A stretch of DNA of 64,000 bases, from assembly GCF_964213995.1 (NCBI RefSeq), contig NC_135817.1, forward strand, positions 68,510,001 through 68,574,000, read 5' to 3'. The translations under genes were made by a program, and so were the position numbers. Positions 60,297-64,000 of the stretch are shown here, piece after piece; position 1 is the stretch's first letter, and each line of letters begins with the position of its first letter. This stretch comes from Mustelus asterias (taxonomy: Eukaryota). The notes under the pieces were generated by a model that saw only the letters and a program-made list of their open reading frames with translations, had not been told where the DNA came from and ran no database searches.

Positions 60297-63200
60297 CTGG
60301 AATGCTTTGATTGCTGAAAATCAAAAGACACAAAACTGATATAATTACTTGCATTCATTCAGTGCATTTTTATGTAGAAAAATGTCCCGAGTTGTCTCAT
60401 GAAGAAGAAAAGGCATGAACAAAATTTTAATGTATTTTAGGGGTATTGGGAACAGCCATAGATGGGTTTTGAGGGCTTTTAAAGGCATAAACAGTGTAGA
60501 GATGGGAAGGGCTGCAGGAGAGCATTTCCAAGATTAAGACCAAAATACCTGAAGTTCCAGATACTGTGGTTAGCACTGCTATCTCACAGTGCCAGGGTTC
60601 AATTCCCAGCTTGGGTCACTGTGCGGAGTCTGCATGTTCTCCTCGGGTGCTCCAGTTTCCTCCCACAGTCTGAAAGACCTCCTGGTTCAGTGCACTGGCC
60701 ATGCTAAATTCTCCCTGACTGTACCTGAATAGGTGCCGGAGTGTGGCGACTGGGGATTTTCACAATAATTTCATTGCATTGTTAATGTAAGCCTACTTGT
60801 GACATAAATAAATAAACTTTAAACTTTGAAAGTTGAGGAGGTGGTGTTGTGGGAAGAATCGGAGGGTAGAGGAAAGATCATAAAGCTCGAGAAAACTGTA
60901 GAGATGGATCAGAGGTTAGGGTGAATTTGTAGATTGGTCAGGAGTCTATTTTTGTAGATGGGGATTTCTTCTTGAGACTATGTATTTGCTCAGACTTAAG
61001 CTAAATACAAAGACTCAAAATGCAATGTACTGATTTTGAAGACGTGACTTTATTTAACCAAACAATAAAATGGGAGAATGATATGAGGAAGCCCTGCACT
61101 CAAGATAAAGAATGCGGGCAGCCGGATATCAGTCTGTAAAACAACACCCCCATGAAGGCAATTATACATTTACCAAATCACATTGCCCACCATTCCGGTG
61201 GGCATTATCCAGTAAACATTAATACAAATCAGTCAATAATCACCCTGTCAGTAACTCCAGCCAATAACAATACACGTCCTGACCTCATGGGATTTCATTT
61301 GTCATTAATTACAGATGTTACCTCCCTTCTGTTGCCCAGCAATATGGGACGCTGGACAGTGAAATGGGAGAATGATTCTCACTGAATTGAACCCACGTGA
61401 CTCTCGTCCAACCCTGAGAAATGTTTTATGTCTGTTCGCCACCTGCGTTATCTCTCGGAGTTGTGTAACCCTATTCATAAGGCTAGCATTGGTAGCCATC
61501 TTGTTCCCGACCACTGCTGATAGCATTACTGCTTTCAATAGATCTATTGTCTCTTACCTCTGGCATCAGGGCCTGCTGTATTTTGTCACTGACTGAAGTT
61601 TCACAAAATGTAACCAAAAGCAAAACACATCCATCTTGTAAATTCAAAATACATGTTTTAAATGAGAAATATTTGGTAATCATACAGAGCTGTCTTCTAT
61701 GGCAACAGCTCTGGCTGGCTTACGTTGAAGTGGAGATGCTGGTGTTGGACTGGGGTAAACATAGTAAGAAGTCTCACAACACCAGGTTAAAGTCCAACAG
61801 GTTTATTTGGTAGCACAAGCCACTAGCTTTCGGAGCGCTGCTCCTTCATCAGCCCAGGCTTGCAAAATCTCACTAACTGTCCTGGCTGGAGACAATACAC
61901 ATCTCTTTAAACTGTGCTTAACCCTCTCTCCACTCACATTGTCTGTATCTTTAAGACTTGATTACCTGTAAAGACTCGCATTCCGACCATTATTTTGTAA
62001 ATTGAGTTTGTGTCTTTGCCCTGTTTGTGAACAGAACTCCCACTTACCTGATGAAGCTCCGAAAGCTAGTGGCTTGTGCTACCAAATAAACCTGTTGGGA
62101 CTTTAACCTGGTGTTGTGAGACTTCTTACTGGCTTACGTTCCCATATTCCAAGATCATTCATTCTAAAGTTAGTGTTGTATTAGTGTTCCTAAATCAATG
62201 GGTATGTATTTATTAGCCTTATTAGCCCTCCACATCAATTTTCAATCTATTTTTAAATATTTTTTTAATAATGTTTGTCAGTTTCTTGATATCACTATCC
62301 TTTCTCCAGTCACAAGTTAGTCAATTGCAGGATCCATACTTGCCTGTCTGTAACGTGCCTGGTAATAATTCATCCCACACAGCCTTGCTGGATAAAATGC
62401 TGCATCTTGTATCCTGGGAAAATGTAGGGAGCTAGTGTAGGTCAGCATAAAAAACTGAAGCATAATTTTCGACAGGGTATAGGCAGTGAAGTTATGAAGA
62501 ATAGAAATTGAGAGACCAGGAAGGAAGATGTAGGGGAGGTCAATTTTAGTTCTGCTTAAGTACCAAGAATGATTTGAGTGGGCATATGATGGTGAAAGTA
62601 ATTAGTAATTATTCTTGACATTAGAACATGGGGTTTAAACCCTGCTCTGAATCAAGCAATGGCAGGATTTTGTTTTAAAAAAAAAGTTCAACTTCAACTT
62701 TTGTTAAAAAAACCCAATGAAGATGACCTGTAATTGTATGTGGCATAACCAATTTGATAACCAAATAAAGATGAGGTTTCAGCTTCCTTAATGAGCTAGT
62801 GGGTAAAGGCACCATCGGGCGAAGCAATAAGCTGTACAAACAGAGATTTTACAGCCTTGCTCAACCCAAAATCAGAAAATCCTGCCCGAGGTCAATGGAC
62901 CTTCCCATTTTCCGCCCCTCGCCCGCTCCGATTCCCGTAGTGGGCAGGGTGATCTCAGATGGGCATCCATCGGTTTGCCAAAGTGCCCTAAGTTTGGAAA
63001 AGAAGAAACTGTCATTGTTCCTGTAGGAAATACAAATAAATTCCAGGCAAGACCAAGCTTATGGTCATTCTGGTATATTATCCTGCTGGCACTCGGGTAT
63101 AAGTATGAAGAATGTTCATGGAGAGTGGGATGGTGGGTGGGGGTGGGGTGGGGGGGGGGTGTTGCTGTTGTCCATGAAACCATAGCCCAGCAAGAGTTGG

Positions 63201-63375
63201 TTAGAACATTTGGGAGAAAGTTGGTAGGGCAAATGAAACTCTCTAGAGAGAAGAAACTGGGTAGTTCTGCTACCTTTGGGTTTTGTAAATTCTGTTTTGC
63301 TGATAATGGTGTGATGGTTTCTATCAGAGAACCATGCCCATTGTGACACGTAATCTTCATCTTTCGTTTTCCTTT
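60297..63375 (-). CDS. Candidate 3' exons of an unidentified gene (63274-63375, 62344-62413, 61558-61592, then 61050-61133 or 60297-60313)
   Basis: Consecutive acceptor/donor pairs with compatible phases and no stops; product not recognised. Confidence 0.35.
61727..62128. mobile_element. 400-bp Penelope family-A element consisting only of inverted terminal repeats
   Basis: 12-bp TSD CTGGCTTACGTT at 61715-61726/62129-62140; hammerheads at about 61820-61852 (-) and 62044-62072 (+). Confidence 0.85.
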
Positions 63376-63647
63376 CTTAACCAATTAATGTAATCAAGGT
63401 ATAACAAATTGCTTTGATTGCAGCAACTTGCTTACGAGAATTTACATAGGCTCCCCACGATATCAAAACTTGAAAACTAATACATGCTAAACCAACATTA
63501 TATGAAACACCAATTCTAATTTATATATATTGTATTCTAATCTCAAAATACAATAAGTACAACATTTCAGAAATTACAAGTTATGGTGCCTATGTGTAAG
63601 GAAACCATTAATAAAAATTTTTCAAACTTTTGTAAACTCAGCTGATA

Positions 63648-64000
63648 GAACAAAGAAAATTACAGCACAGGAACAGGCCCTTCGGCCCTCCAAGCCTGCA
63701 TCGACCATGCTGCCCAACTGAACTAAAACCCCCTACCCTTTCGGGGACCATATTGCTCTATTCCCATCCTATTCATGTACTTGTCAAGACGCCCCTTAAA
63801 AGTCACTACCGTATCCACTTCCACTATCTTTTCTTTGTTCTCTTTGTTCAATGGATGGAGGCTGGTTTGCGTGATGGATTGGGCTACATTCACAATCCTT
63901 TATAGTTTCTTGCAGTCTTGGGCAGAGCAGGAGCCATACCAAGCTGTGATGCAGCCAGAAAGAATGCTTTCAATCGTGCATCTGTAGAAGTTGGCGAGAG
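63648..64000 (-). mobile_element. CR1 3' end (63648-63828) followed by a Rex1/Babar fragment (63849-64000)
   Basis: Matches 8970-9150 and 37820-37970 respectively. Confidence 0.85.

Noticed and set aside
62975-63346. PCNP expected downstream of TRMT10C
   Set aside because: No PCNP-like sequence found in any frame here.
1-64000. CRISPR arrays, operons or prokaryotic defence systems
   Set aside because: Sequence is vertebrate, with spliced genes; repeats are dispersed transposons, not regularly spaced arrays.

Overview
Repeat-rich vertebrate genomic DNA, almost certainly from a cartilaginous fish (shark-like): HE1-type V-SINEs, DeuSINEs, CR1, Rex1/Babar, L2, RTE and Penelope elements. Four genes are recognisable. 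These are the 5' coding exons of SENP7 (minus strand, running off the left edge), an intact single-exon FAM172B/ARB2B (plus), a complete 3-coding-exon TXNL4B (minus, 149 aa) and a single-coding-exon TRMT10C (plus, 439 aa) head-to-head with TXNL4B. A chain of small, phase-compatible minus-strand exons at about 60.3-63.4 kb suggests the 3' end of a gene I cannot identify. The most notable non-genic signal is two families of Penelope-derived terminal repeats carrying minimal hammerhead ribozymes. They include 100-400 bp mini-elements with 12-15 bp target-site duplications, and one Penelope copy inserted on the ribozyme core of the other family. Other observations: a V-SINE head with two alternative tails, nested LINE stacks, a solo LTR, and two locally templated insertions. 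Repeat boundaries are approximate; exon boundaries were read from splice signals by eye.
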